64,000 nt of DNA from Candidatus Multivorans sp. (lineage in GTDB: Bacteria; Acidobacteriota; Thermoanaerobaculia; Multivoradales; Multivoraceae). The notes under the pieces are model-generated. The model saw only the letters and a program-made list of their open reading frames with translations, was not told the DNA's origin and searched no databases. The DNA lies in assembly GCA_965224025.1 (NCBI GenBank), contig CBDCYE010000001.1, positions 12,664 to 76,663 on the forward strand, in the 5' to 3' direction. Shown here piece after piece: positions 8,920 through 18,869 of this stretch. A program made the translations under genes and the position numbers. Position 1 is the stretch's first letter, and every line of letters starts with the position of its first letter.

Positions 8920-9990
8920 CTAGCCCGCCGCGGCGGCGCGGTCGGCCGACTCCTCGGCGGCGGCGACGATCGCGGGCAGTCCCATCTCGGAGCGCAGGTG
9001 GGCTTCGATCTCGTCGGCCAGTTCCGGGTTGTCGCGTAGAAACTGCTTCGCGTTCTCCCGGCCCTGGCCCAGCCTCACATCGCCGGCCGAGAACCAGGCG
9101 CCGCTCTTCATGACCCGCTTGTGCACGACGCCGAGGTCGATCAGCTCGCCGACCCGGGAGATGCCCTCGCCGTAGTCGATGTCGAACTCGGCGAGACGGA
9201 ACGGTGGCGCGACCTTGTTCTTGACCACCTTGATCCGCACCCGTGAGCCGACCACCTGGTCGCCGTCCTTCAGCGCGCCGATACGCCGGATGTCGATGCG
9301 GACCGACGAGTAGAACTTGAGCGCCCGGCCGCCGGTCGTGGTCTCGGGCGAGCCGAACATGACCCCGATCTTCTCGCGGATCTGGTTGATGAACACCACG
9401 GTCGTCCGCGACTTGGCGATGATGGCCGTCAACTTGCGGAGTGCCTGTGACATGAGACGAGCCTGGAGGCCGACATGGGAGTCACCCATCTCGCCTTCCA
9501 GTTCGGCGCGCGGCACCAGGGCGGCGACCGAGTCGATCACCACGATGTCGAGCGCGTTCGAGCGCACCAGCATTTCGGCGATCTCCAGCGCCTGCTCACC
9601 GCTGTCCGGCTGGGACACCAGAAGGTCGTCGATATTCACGCCGATCTTCTCGGCGTACTCGGCGTCGAGGGCGTGCTCGGCGTCGATGAACGCCGCGGCG
9701 CCGCCGGTGCGCTGGGCCTGGCCGACCACCGAGAGGGCCAGAGTCGTCTTTCCGCTGGATTCCGGGCCATAGACCTCGACCACGCGGCCGCGCGGGAAAC
9801 CGCCGGTGCCGATGGCGGAGTCGACGGCCAGCGAACCGGTCGAGATCGATTCGATACCGAGGTTCTCCTGTTCGCCGAGACGCATGATCGCGCCCTTTCC
9901 GAACTGACGTTCGATCTGAGTGAGTGCGCCCGAGATGGCTTCCTCGCGACCGACTTGCTGCTTGCGCGCATTCGCGCGGGTGGGGGTCAT
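8920..9990 (-). CDS. recA: Recombinase RecA
   Basis: [50 protein letters not shown]. Start set at ATG 9990. Confidence 0.98.
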   Translation of the reverse strand: MTPTRANARKQQVGREEAISGALTQIERQFGKGAIMRLGEQENLGIESISTGSLAVDSAIGTGGFPRGRVVEVYGPESSGKTTLALSVVGQAQRTGGAAAFIDAEHALDAEYAEKIGVNIDDLLVSQPDSGEQALEIAEMLVRSNALDIVVIDSVAALVPRAELEGEMGDSHVGLQARLMSQALRKLTAIIAKSRTTVVFINQIREKIGVMFGSPETTTGGRALKFYSSVRIDIRRIGALKDGDQVVGSRVRIKVVKNKVAPPFRLAEFDIDYGEGISRVGELIDLGVVHKRVMKSGAWFSAGDVRLGQGRENAKQFLRDNPELADEIEAHLRSEMGLPAIVAAAEESADRAAAAG

Positions 9991-10223
9991 GGGTTTCTTG
10001 TTCCTCTTTTTGGCTATGGCGCGTGGGCGGTGTTCGGGCGGAAGCTCGGGCAGTGATCGACGGCCTTCGAGGGGGCAGCGGCGCGGTTCCGGCGGCGTCG
10101 CCGCAGGCTGTGCGTGGCTATACTTCCGCGCGACCGATGCGGCGGTCCCCTGGATCGTCAGACGGTTCAACGGAAGGCGGGACTTGGCCGCTGCGGACGC
10201 TCGGCGACGTGGCGTAGAACAAC

Positions 10224-11234
10224 GTGACAGCCGACATCGACAAGGGCATAGTCAGCGTATTGCAGCCCCCCTTGGGCGTCAACCGCGAGGTCCGGGACCG
10301 GCTCGTCGCGATTCCCGGCGCCTGTGTCCGCGAAGCGGTGCCGCTGGCCTCGGTGACGACGCTGCGAATCGGCGGTCCGGCGGATCTCTTCGTCCGGGTC
10401 GAGTCCGAGGCGGCGCTCACCGCGGTGATGACCGCGGCCCGTGAGTGTGCGGTCGCGCTTCACCTGCACGGTCACGGTTCGAACGTGCTGTTCCCGGACA
10501 GGGGCATTCGCGGCGTCGTCTGCCGGCTCCGAGGAGAGCTCGAACTCGTCGAGGTGGAGGGCGAGACGGTACGGGCCGGCGCCGGGGTCACGCTCGCCAG
10601 ACTGGCGCGGGACACGGCGAAGCAGGGTTTGCTCGGGCTCGAGGCCTTGTCCGGTTTCCCTTCGACCGTGGGCGGCGCCGTGGTCATGAACGCCGGCTGC
10701 TACGGCACGGAGATCCGCGATGTTCTCACCGAGGTCCGCGTGGCGCGGCCGGGGCGCCCGGTCGAGGCCGTGCCGGTCGCCCGGCTTGAGCCCGGCTACC
10801 GGACGACGAACCTGCAGGGGACCGACGCGGTCATAACAGGAGCGGAGTTCCGGCTCCGGAGCGGGGACGGCGCCGCGGCGCTCAGGCGAATCGACGAGTT
10901 GAACCGGCGGCGGTGGCGGAGCCTGCCGTCCGGCAAGCCGAATGCCGGTTCCGTGTTCCGCAACCCGGAGGACGACTTTGCCGGCCGGCTGATCGAAGCC
11001 TGCGGTCTGAAGGGCCTGCGCCGCGGCGGCGCCGAGATCAGTCAGCGCCATGCGAACGTGATCGTCAACCGGGAGAAGGCGCGCGCCGCAGACGTACTCG
11101 ATCTGATGGTGGCCGCCCACCGGGCGGTACGAAACCGGTTCGGCGTCGAACTGCGGCCCGAGATCGTGCTGGCCGGCGGCCTGGCCGAGGAGTTCTGGGA
11201 CCGCGCTAGGAACTTGCGCGGTAGAACGATCTGA
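10224..11234 (+). CDS. murB: UDP-N-acetylenolpyruvoylglucosamine reductase
   Basis: [46 protein letters not shown]. Confidence 0.95.
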   Translation: MTADIDKGIVSVLQPPLGVNREVRDRLVAIPGACVREAVPLASVTTLRIGGPADLFVRVESEAALTAVMTAARECAVALHLHGHGSNVLFPDRGIRGVVCRLRGELELVEVEGETVRAGAGVTLARLARDTAKQGLLGLEALSGFPSTVGGAVVMNAGCYGTEIRDVLTEVRVARPGRPVEAVPVARLEPGYRTTNLQGTDAVITGAEFRLRSGDGAAALRRIDELNRRRWRSLPSGKPNAGSVFRNPEDDFAGRLIEACGLKGLRRGGAEISQRHANVIVNREKARAADVLDLMVAAHRAVRNRFGVELRPEIVLAGGLAEEFWDRARNLRGRTI

Positions 11235-11280
11235 CCTGGGAACGCGGGCATCCTGCCCGCATCCGGCGCGGAGCGCCGGC
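11235..11280 (+). repeat. REP-like palindromic element right after the murB stop
   Basis: cctgggaac-gcgggca-tcc-tgcccgc-at-ccggcgc-gga-gcgccgg. Confidence 0.85.
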
Positions 11281-11383
11281 CTCCGGTCGTTCTTCCGCGC
11301 TAGTTCGGAGTGATACAGGCTATCCTCGGAGGTCGACGCGAGACGAGGGCCAGACGAGGCTGATGGAAGGGAAGGGAGAGACG

Positions 11384-11932
11384 ATGAAGGGGACTTTGAA
11401 TCGGACATCGTGGCGGCGACCGGAAGTGGTCGTGGCGTTTGTTGCGGCCATCGCGCTGCTCGCCCTTGCCTGCGGCGGCGGGGGCGGTGTGGCCGAGACC
11501 CGCGCCGGCTTCATCGCACAATTGCAGTCGTTCACGGTTCAGGCACCGGCTGCCGAGGAGGCGATGGCATCCGAGGAGGCCGAAGCCGAAGCCGAAGCCG
11601 AAGCCGATACAGACGCCGAAGCGGAAGGCGACATGCCGGCCGAGCCCGCCATGGTCAACGTCATGCTCGACATCCTGGTTCACAACGAGGGCGCCGGCAC
11701 GCTCGACGGCATCACGGTCGACCTCACGATCGCCGACCCGGACGGTGCGGAGAAGGAACGCCGGCTGCTCTGGGTTGAGACTGCCGGGCTCACCAAGGGC
11801 TCCCAGACGCAGGTGGTCTACGACCTGATCGATGTCGCCTATACCGAGGGCGATGGCTTCCACGTCGAGGTTCGCCACGCGATCCCGATGGAAGAGCGCG
11901 GCGACTACCGCGAGTTCGACGCGGAGAGCTGA
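11384..11932 (+). CDS. Hypothetical lipoprotein with an acidic (EA)n linker
   Basis: Lipobox LALAC followed by GGGGG; gccgaa hexamer repeat encoding EAEAEAEAEA. Confidence 0.7.
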   Translation: MKGTLNRTSWRRPEVVVAFVAAIALLALACGGGGGVAETRAGFIAQLQSFTVQAPAAEEAMASEEAEAEAEAEADTDAEAEGDMPAEPAMVNVMLDILVHNEGAGTLDGITVDLTIADPDGAEKERRLLWVETAGLTKGSQTQVVYDLIDVAYTEGDGFHVEVRHAIPMEERGDYREFDAES

Positions 11933-12774
11933 GGGTCGGCGACGACCGAGATGGCCCGCGCCGCAGGCAGAGGGGTCGCGCGTTCCCGGGACTGCGTAGA
12001 GGAGATCCGCGCCGTACTTCCGGCGGATCTCGGGCCGCCGATAGCTTCCGTCACCGCCTCAGCGTGAGCCGGTCCAGGCCACCGTCCAGGTCCCGCGCGG
12101 CTTCGGCGTCCCGGAATGCGGCCCCGACTCGGCCGATGCGGCCGACCTGGTCCGGCCGTCCGGACTTGGTTCTCCGGTAGGATCCGCACCATGACTGAAC
12201 CGCGGCAGCCGCAGGCAGCCCTTGGACTCGTCCCGGCGACACCTACCTCCTAGCGGCTTACTCGGGAGTTTGACTCTCGACGAGCCGATGTTGTCCGACG
12301 ACTCGACTTTTCGTCGGTCGGTTGACCCGCGCCGCCCGGAGGGGACGCGCCAATGAGAACCACCTGGCTGATGGTCGCTTCGGCGGCTCTCGCCTGTACG
12401 GCACCCGCCGATCCGGATCCCGCCGCGGTCCGCCTGGCGGCTCTAACCGTAGCGGCAGCGGCAGATTCGATCGACGATCTTCAAGCTGTTGACGACCCCG
12501 ACGCTGCCGGCGTCCGCGACGCCTTCCACAACGCAACCCGCGAGGCCCTGGTGGCCGCCCGTCAAGCCCAGCGACTCGGCACCTGCATCGACGGCCGCCG
12601 CGTTCGCTGGCAGCCTCGAAGCGGCCGAGGCCGCCGAACGCCTAGGCGACGCCCTAGTCCTGGCCCTCGAAGCGCGGGACGACTACGCCGCCGCCCGCGA
12701 CCACTTCACCCATGCAGCCACGAAGCTGGCCGATGCCCGCGCCGATGCTCTCCGAATCGGCCGGGATCTGCGCG

Positions 12775-13045
12775 CACTCGCTTCAAGCCGAGTAGTTTGA
12801 AGGCTTCGTTCTGGAGTGGAGTGGGCCGTGCGAGGACGTCGGCGGTGGAGTCGGCCTTGCCGTGCATCCGCACGCGGTTTCGGGTCAGCGTGGCCAGGTC
12901 GGCGAGCAAGGTCTGGAAGCTGTGGACGGGGAGTCCGTCGCGGGAGTTGGCCTTGGTCATTGCCTCGGGCGACCTGCGCGCGGGATCACGGGCGACTCGC
13001 GTTGGTCGTCGCGGCGTTGGTCGTCGAAGAGGAGGGGCGCCAGGG
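12775..13045 (-). pseudogene. C-terminal fragment of an IS1634-family transposase (frameshifted, no IS ends seen)
   Basis: LAPLLFDD and DGLPVHSFQTLLADLATLTRN...PTPLQNEAFKLL align with the C-terminus of the 43001-44776 transposase (LAPLLFEDD, DGLPVQNMADLL, PTPLQQKAFQLL). Confidence 0.8.
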
Positions 13046-13342
13046 TCCGGCGCAGCCGAAGCCCAGGACGCTTGGAGCGCTGCACGCGCAACACTGAGCC
13101 GACGCCGCACCGAGCGGGTGCACGACGAGCGGGTCACAAAACTACGAGTGGACCGCGCTAACAACGCCGTGAAGGCCGCCTCCGATGAATGGGGCCGCGC
13201 CAACGACGCCGCGAGTGCCGCCTTCGATGAACGCGGCCGGCTGGTTCTCCGCATTCGGGCTACCGCAGCCGCCGGATCGGCGAAGTCGCCCACGCTGACC
13301 CAAGTCAAGAGGCGATTCGGTGGTGAGAAGACGCCCACGCTG

Positions 13343-13686
13343 CAAGACCTTGAAGGACTGGAAGCCAAGGCCGCGACTCTCGCCTACCCGGCCGTCGAGG
13401 CGGAGCTCGCCGAACGCGAAGCCGCGGACCGCGCCAAACAGGCGATGGAGGCCGCCGAGGCCCGCGTCGATGAAGCGATCACCGCCTACCGCGTCGCCGT
13501 GGACGCTTGGCGCACAAGACCTTGAAGGACTGGAAGCCAAGGCCGCGACTCTCGCCTACCCGGCCGTCGAGGCGGAGCTCGCCGAACGCGAAGCCGCGGA
13601 CCGCGCCAAACAGGCGATGGAGGCCGCCGAGGCCCGCGTCGATGAAGCGATCACCGCCTACCGCGTCGCCGTGGACGCTTGGCGCA
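13343..13686. repeat. Perfect 172-bp tandem duplication
   Basis: caagaccttgaagg...gcttggcgca at 13343-13514 and 13515-13686. Confidence 0.95.
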
Positions 13687-13843
13687 CACTGCTCGAATGA
13701 TAGGCGGCCCTGTTCCGGCGTGTTCAGAAGCTCCCGGAACGGTTCACGGATCCGCAGCACAGAAAAGCGCCGGTCGGCAAGGCGAGCGTCAGGTCGAAGG
13801 CCGCGGCGAACTTTCTACCTGTGTGTCGATCGTGACGAACCGC

Positions 13844-14173
13844 TCAGTTCAATGTGTGGTCCGGGTACGGCCGTGGGCGCTCTGCGGCTTTCAGGCGAGC
13901 GAACCGCCCCAGCCGCTCAACGTACGCGCTGGTAGCGGTTGGCGCCTCCTGGAACGGTATGCAAGCGTCGTCGTAGAAGAAGATCTTGGTTGCGCCGTCA
14001 GCGGTCCGCACCTCGCCGTCGTGGCTCATTGCGGCGAGTGTCGAGTGCGCCGGGCGCTGCTGAAGGTTGAACCCGGCGAGGACGCCGTACTCGCGGTTGA
14101 AGACCCGTACGCTCCGGTCGCGAATCTCGATTCCGTAGGGCAGGGCGATTGATCTGCCATCTACCAGCGGCAT
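13844..14173 (-). CDS. Hypothetical protein of mobile-element/phage type
   Basis: Protein-like composition (LPYG, VFNREY, IFFYDDACIP); tightly coupled to the upstream small ORF. Confidence 0.55.
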   Translation of the reverse strand: MPLVDGRSIALPYGIEIRDRSVRVFNREYGVLAGFNLQQRPAHSTLAAMSHDGEVRTADGATKIFFYDDACIPFQEAPTATSAYVERLGRFARLKAAERPRPYPDHTLN

Positions 14174-14175
14174 TG

Positions 14176-14424
14176 TCAGTTGTCGCCCTTCTGAAGCGGT
14201 CCGATGCTGCCTCCCCGCGTCAGGTCCGCGTGGAGGGTGATCCGATCGCCCCGCATCAGGCGCACGCCGGGCGGCTCGGGGAGGTCTTGCAGCGTCTGGC
14301 CATTGTCGAGGCGCACACTGACCTTCGCCGGCTGCGGTAAGGCCGTGTGCTCGTCAAGCCCGCGGATGATCTTCGCCGCCGGTCGGTACATGTGGCCGAC
14401 CTGGCCCCTGTACTCCTTCATCAT
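14176..14424 (-). CDS. Small hypothetical protein
   Basis: 82 aa, ends 2 bp before the next ORF, AT-richer upstream region. Confidence 0.45.
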   Translation of the reverse strand: MMKEYRGQVGHMYRPAAKIIRGLDEHTALPQPAKVSVRLDNGQTLQDLPEPPGVRLMRGDRITLHADLTRGGSIGPLQKGDN

Positions 14425-14501
14425 GCTGCCGCAATTCTACTCCACACCGTGGCGTCGTATAGTCCTTCTTACTCATAGTTGACGTCACCCCCAGGAACCC
14501 C

Positions 14502-15089
14502 GTGAATCGACCCCTCCAACGCGCCGGCGACGACGGACTCTCCGCCGGCGACCGAGGCGAGACGACCGCCGGACTGCGCGACGCGGCGCTCCTGCGCACG
14601 ATGAGCGACGCCCTGCTGCGGGCCTCGGAGCTCGCGGTGATCGCCACCGGCGACGTCGAGCGCGAAGGCGACGGAAGCGGCCGCCTGGCCATCCGGCGCT
14701 CGAAGACGGACCAGGAGGCCGAGGGAGCGGTCGCCTACCTGACACCGGCGACAATGACGGCGCTCGACACTTGGCTTGCCGCCGCGGCGGAGCGGGAGAC
14801 GGGCGCGGCGTCCAGCTCGAGCGGCCGCTACGAAGGGCCGGTCTTTCGGAGGGTGACGCGGACTGGGGCCGTGTCAGGCCACGCACCGCTGACGACCAAC
14901 GCGGTGCGCGCCGTCGTGCGCAAGCGGGCCGCCGCGGTCGGGATAGACGGCGCCTCCGGGCACAACTGCCGGGTCGGGTCGGCCCAGTCCCTCATCGAGC
15001 GCGGCGCGTCCATCGCGGCCGTCGCGATCGCCGGCCGCTGGAAGGACCCCGGCATGGTGGTCCGCTACGCCAAGGGCCTAGGAGGCTGA
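14502..15089 (+). CDS. Tyrosine recombinase catalytic domain (Cre-like), lacking the N-terminal core-binding domain
   Basis: LRDAALL...LLRASEL (Arg), RRSKTDQ (Lys), SGHNCRVG (HxxR), GRWKDPGMVVRYA (Trp, Tyr). Confidence 0.85.
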   Translation: MNRPLQRAGDDGLSAGDRGETTAGLRDAALLRTMSDALLRASELAVIATGDVEREGDGSGRLAIRRSKTDQEAEGAVAYLTPATMTALDTWLAAAAERETGAASSSSGRYEGPVFRRVTRTGAVSGHAPLTTNAVRAVVRKRAAAVGIDGASGHNCRVGSAQSLIERGASIAAVAIAGRWKDPGMVVRYAKGLGG

Positions 15090-15740
15090 GCGCGTCGCGG
15101 TGTTGAGTCGAAAGTCCTCGCGTCGGCGCGCAACATCAATGCTGCCCCAGCGCCGCGCTGTCAACTCCGCGCCCATTGGCGGGAACTTCCCGTGGATCAC
15201 CTTGATCCCGCGGGTCTCCAGGAATTCAGCTACCGGCACGAAGTCCCGGTCAGAGGAAACCAGGACCGCGATGTCGTAGTTGTCGATCCAGGCGAGGCTG
15301 ATCATGGCGGTAGCCATGCGAACATCAACGCCCTTCTCCTCAGTCCCTCGCATGTCTGCATTGCAGACCGGACAACAGGCGACTACCCCGTGGCACGTGG
15401 GGCACTTGGGGGCTCTCTTCTTCTTATGCCGCGGGACCATAGACACGCTCACCCCCGGAAAGGTGTCCAGCTTCCTCGTAGCCCACTGGTGCATCCTGCG
15501 GTCCTTCTCGCTGTTTGGATCGTAGGAGCCGTAGATGTTCACCCCCTGATACTCGGCTACCGCCGTAGCGGCGACGACATCAGCCGCAGCACGTGAGAAT
15601 ACAGGGCCGAACTTCGACCAATCTGTGCGGAACTCCCTGTCCTGGCTCTGCATTGAGAGCGTGTAGTTCCAGAAGTCCACGAACACGCGGACGCGGTGGC
15701 GAGGCAAACCGGAAGGAGGGGTCGGAGCGCGATTCGGCAT
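15078..15740 (-). CDS. NYN (LabA/DUF88, PIN-fold) nuclease with an internal Cys4 zinc-ribbon insert
   Basis: VFVDFWNY, EEKGVDV, VLVSSDRDFVP; insert CPTC...CPVC. Start at ATG 15740. Confidence 0.88.
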   Translation of the reverse strand: MPNRAPTPPSGLPRHRVRVFVDFWNYTLSMQSQDREFRTDWSKFGPVFSRAAADVVAATAVAEYQGVNIYGSYDPNSEKDRRMHQWATRKLDTFPGVSVSMVPRHKKKRAPKCPTCHGVVACCPVCNADMRGTEEKGVDVRMATAMISLAWIDNYDIAVLVSSDRDFVPVAEFLETRGIKVIHGKFPPMGAELTARRWGSIDVARRREDFRLNTATRSAS

Positions 15741-15749
15741 GGGGGCAAG

Positions 15750-15842
15750 AAAATTCAGGGACGCACAAAGGCGTCCCTGGGATAGAGATAACCGGGTTCC
15801 GTAGTTCCCTGTCTGGGCGGCGACCCGGTGGGTCGTATTAAG
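15750..15842 (-). ncRNA. Candidate structured leader/small RNA upstream of the NYN gene, ending in a terminator-like hairpin
   Basis: Hairpin cgaccc/gggtcg (15821-15835); competing pairing 15823-15829 with 15791-15797; 9-bp hairpin 15756-15779 followed by AATTTTCTT on the minus strand. Confidence 0.45.
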
Positions 15843-15847
15843 ACGAG

Positions 15848-15878
15848 ATTTTATGGCACGCCTAACCGCTCGTGTCAA
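15848..15878 (-). promoter_or_regulatory. Sigma70-like promoter TTGACA-N19-TAAAAT for the NYN locus
   Basis: tgtcaa at 15873-15878 and atttta at 15848-15853 on the + strand. The spacer is longer than optimal. Confidence 0.55.
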
Positions 15879-16060
15879 GAGGCAAGTAAGGCTCCCTCCG
15901 GTGGGGGCATATCGCTGCGTATCGGATGTTGATGGGGTCGCTCCAGTTGCCCTCCAACGGACCGTGGCGCGGTGGCGCGGTGTCTTGGAGGGAAGTAGGC
16001 CGCTCTGGAGCCGGAGCGCCCGCACCTGAGCGGACCGGGACGAGAGGGCGGCTTGACCCC

Positions 16061-17488
16061 TCAGTACGCGTTCTTGGTCAGACCCCGGCGCAGGGTTAGC
16101 CACAGGATCTGGAAGTCGAGACGGAGACTCCAGTTCTCGATGTAGTAGAGGTCGTACTGGATCCGCTTGCTGATCGAGGTGTTGCCCCGCCAGCCGTGGA
16201 CCTGGGCCCATCCGGTCAGCCCCGACTTCACGCGGTGGCGCAGCATGTACTGCGGGATCTCGCCGCGGAACTTGCGGACGAACGCGGGACGCTCGGGGCG
16301 GGGGCCGACGATCGACATGTCGCCGCGGAAGATGTTCCAGAGCTGGGGTAGCTCGTCGATCGACCAGCGCCGCAGGAAGGCGCCGATTCGGGTGCGACGG
16401 GGATCGTCCTCGACCGCCCACACCGGCCCGGTGGTGGATTCGGCGCCCATCCGCATCGAGCGAAACTTGAGGATCATGAAGGAGCGGCCGTCGAGTCCCA
16501 TCCGCTCCTGCCGGTAGAACAGCGGCCCGCGGTCCTCGAGCTTGATCAGCACCAGCACGATCGGCAGCAGGGGCAGCAGCACGGCCATCGCCGCCAGGGA
16601 GATGCCGATGTCCATTGTCCGCTTGGCCAGACTTGACCAGCCCTCCATCGGCACGTGAGAGAGGTTGATGACCGGCGTGCCGTCCACGTCTTCCATGTCG
16701 GCGCGCAGCGTCGCGTACTGCAGGACGTTCGGCACCAGTCGGATCTCGATCAGCTCGTTGCCGATGCGGTCGAGCAGGTTGAGGATCTTCCGGTGCGCCT
16801 CGAACGGCAGGGCGATCATGAGCTGATCGACGTGGTGTCGCTCGATTGCTGCTTCCAGGTCGTCGAGAGTGCCGATCACGCTGACGCCGCTGACGCGCTC
16901 GGTGGATTGCTTGTCCGGGTCGTCGTCCAGGAAGCCCACGACCTCGTAGCCAAGTTCCCGGTGCCGGACCAATTTGGCCGCGATCTCCTCGCCGCTGTCG
17001 CCGGCGCCGACGATCAGGATGCGGCGGACGTTGTGCCCTCGTCGCCGGACCACGCGCAGAGCGGCCCGGGTGACGAAGCGGAGCAGCGCGACCAGGAAGA
17101 TGTCGCTGGCAGCGAACAGAGCGAAATAGGCGCGGCTGTAGGAGAAGGGGTCGTCGCTGCCGGCCTGAGTCACGCGGTCGAAGGTCAGGACCGCGGTCAG
17201 GATCACGAGCGCCAGGACGGTCGCGACGACGATGCTGATCGCCTCGTCCACCCGGCTGTGTCCGCGGCGGATGCGGTAGAGGCCGTGGAAGTAGTAGACC
17301 GTGGGCCAGATCAGCAGGATGAAGGGCAGCATCCTGAGGTACGGCTCGAAGTCCGGCACCGACTTCGTCACTTCGATGACCGGCTGCACGAAGCGCAGGT
17401 ACCAGGCCAGGAAGAAGGCGCCGACCGTGGCGGCGATATCGCCGGCGATGTTCAGCGTGGCGGTGACGCGGAGTCGCTTCTGGAGCAC
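16061..17488 (-). CDS. Undecaprenyl-phosphate glucose phosphotransferase (WcaJ-like)
   Basis: ILIVGAG, KRTMDI, FKFRSM-like motif, DELPQLWNIFRGDMSIVGPRPER, GLTGWAQV, DLYYIENWS. Confidence 0.92.
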   Translation of the reverse strand: MLQKRLRVTATLNIAGDIAATVGAFFLAWYLRFVQPVIEVTKSVPDFEPYLRMLPFILLIWPTVYYFHGLYRIRRGHSRVDEAISIVVATVLALVILTAVLTFDRVTQAGSDDPFSYSRAYFALFAASDIFLVALLRFVTRAALRVVRRRGHNVRRILIVGAGDSGEEIAAKLVRHRELGYEVVGFLDDDPDKQSTERVSGVSVIGTLDDLEAAIERHHVDQLMIALPFEAHRKILNLLDRIGNELIEIRLVPNVLQYATLRADMEDVDGTPVINLSHVPMEGWSSLAKRTMDIGISLAAMAVLLPLLPIVLVLIKLEDRGPLFYRQERMGLDGRSFMILKFRSMRMGAESTTGPVWAVEDDPRRTRIGAFLRRWSIDELPQLWNIFRGDMSIVGPRPERPAFVRKFRGEIPQYMLRHRVKSGLTGWAQVHGWRGNTSISKRIQYDLYYIENWSLRLDFQILWLTLRRGLTKNAY

Positions 17489-17579
17489 GGTTCTGGGATC
17501 GTGGGGGTGTAGGGGCGCCCGACTCTGGCGGGCGCTGGATGTTAACAACCGGGCTAGGAGTGGCGCCGCGGGCCGGCGG

Positions 17580-18737
17580 TCAGTGTCCCGACTCCCCGAG
17601 CACGTTGCGGTAGATCGCGAGGGTGCTCTCGGCGGCGGTTTGCCACTGGAATCCGGCGGCGCGGGAGGCGGCGCGGTCGGCGAGCTGCCGGGCGTGGTCC
17701 CGGTCCATCATGCAGCGCTCGATGGCCCTCGCGATCTCCTCCACCTCGAGGGGATTGACGAGTTCCGCGTAACCTCTGGCGATCTCCTTGAGCGACGACG
17801 TGTTCGACGTGATCACAGGCGCCCGTGAGGCCATCGCCTCGACCACGGGCAGCCCGAAACCCTCGTACAGGGTGGGGTAGAGGAACAGGCTCGCGCCCTG
17901 GTAGAGCGCCGGAAGGGCGCGCGCCGGCACATGGCCGACGAGTTGGACGTGGTCGCCGACCCCGAGCTGGCGGGCGCGGCGCTCGAGCTTGAAGTCGCTG
18001 CCGGGCCGCGCGCCGACGCAGACCAGGGGCGCTTCGAAGCCGGCCCGTGAACGGGCCCTGGCGTACGCCTTGATCACCCGGTTCAGGTTCTTGTGGGGCT
18101 TTGGGTTGCCGACGAACAGCAGGTACGGCTGCCGTACACCCACGTCCTTCAGGCGGGCGCCGAGCTCCTCCGCGCTGAGCAGTTGCCGGAAATGATCCTC
18201 GACGCCGTTGTACACGACCTTGATCTTCTCTTCCGGGATGTCGAAGTAGTCGAGAACGTCGCTGCTCGTGTTCTGGGACACGGCAATGATCCGGTCGGCT
18301 CGGTTGACGCTGTGGCGAAACATGCGTTGAGCGTAGAGGGACGCCGCGCGACTCGGCAGGAAGCCGGGGTAGAGCAGGTGGATGATGTCGTGGATCGTGA
18401 CCACGGTCGGACACGGAACGATCGCAGGCAGGACGTAGTGGGTGGCGTGGTAGAGGTCGAGGCGCGACCGCCAGATGCGCCAGGTCATCATCCCGATCTC
18501 GCGCAGCGAGTAGACCGGCGAGCGTTCGACGACGCAGCGGAAGTTCGCCGGCAGATCGACTCCGAAGTCGCGATCCTCGGGGCGGACGAACAGGACGTAC
18601 TCATTCGGGGCAGCTTCCTGATTGGCGGCCGCTTCCTGTTCGGCCTCAATCCGGGCCAGACCGCGGATCAGATTGGAAACGTAAACGCCAATCCCGAAAT
18701 CGCGCACTTTTCGAGCGTCGATGCCGATGCGGGCCAC
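17580..18737 (-). CDS. Family 4 glycosyltransferase
   Basis: IGIDAR, VVTIHD, PHKNL, LYPTLYEGFGLPVVEAMA. Confidence 0.92.
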   Translation of the reverse strand: MARIGIDARKVRDFGIGVYVSNLIRGLARIEAEQEAAANQEAAPNEYVLFVRPEDRDFGVDLPANFRCVVERSPVYSLREIGMMTWRIWRSRLDLYHATHYVLPAIVPCPTVVTIHDIIHLLYPGFLPSRAASLYAQRMFRHSVNRADRIIAVSQNTSSDVLDYFDIPEEKIKVVYNGVEDHFRQLLSAEELGARLKDVGVRQPYLLFVGNPKPHKNLNRVIKAYARARSRAGFEAPLVCVGARPGSDFKLERRARQLGVGDHVQLVGHVPARALPALYQGASLFLYPTLYEGFGLPVVEAMASRAPVITSNTSSLKEIARGYAELVNPLEVEEIARAIERCMMDRDHARQLADRAASRAAGFQWQTAAESTLAIYRNVLGESGH

Positions 18738-18869
18738 AGGGCAAGCCTAGTTCACGGCGCGTGTCCGCGATTGACAGTTGCCGCGACGATTCGTAGCCTC
18801 TCTGGTTTGCGCGGTTGCGCCTGGCCGGATTGCGCGGCGGCTTGAGTAGCGACGGCGGTACGCCTGACG

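Larger units (their letters stand above)
12353..13700 (+). pseudogene. Disrupted Ala-rich helical lipoprotein gene (frameshift ~12590, IS fragment, 172-bp duplication)
   Basis: Signal/lipobox MRTTWLMVASAALAC. Helical Ala/Glu/Arg-rich segments continue in different frames on both sides of the transposase fragment. Confidence 0.5.

Noticed and set aside
9991-10223. LexA box upstream of recA
   Set aside because: No convincing GTTC-N7-GTTC or other SOS-box palindrome found by eye.
12051-12242. 63-aa minus-strand ORF with a good RBS
   Set aside because: No recognisable motif; may be island debris, so not called.
15741-16421. N-terminal half of the 447-aa ORF 15078-16421
   Set aside because: It overlaps the WcaJ-like gene in another frame and crosses a promoter; NYN similarity starts only after ATG 15740.
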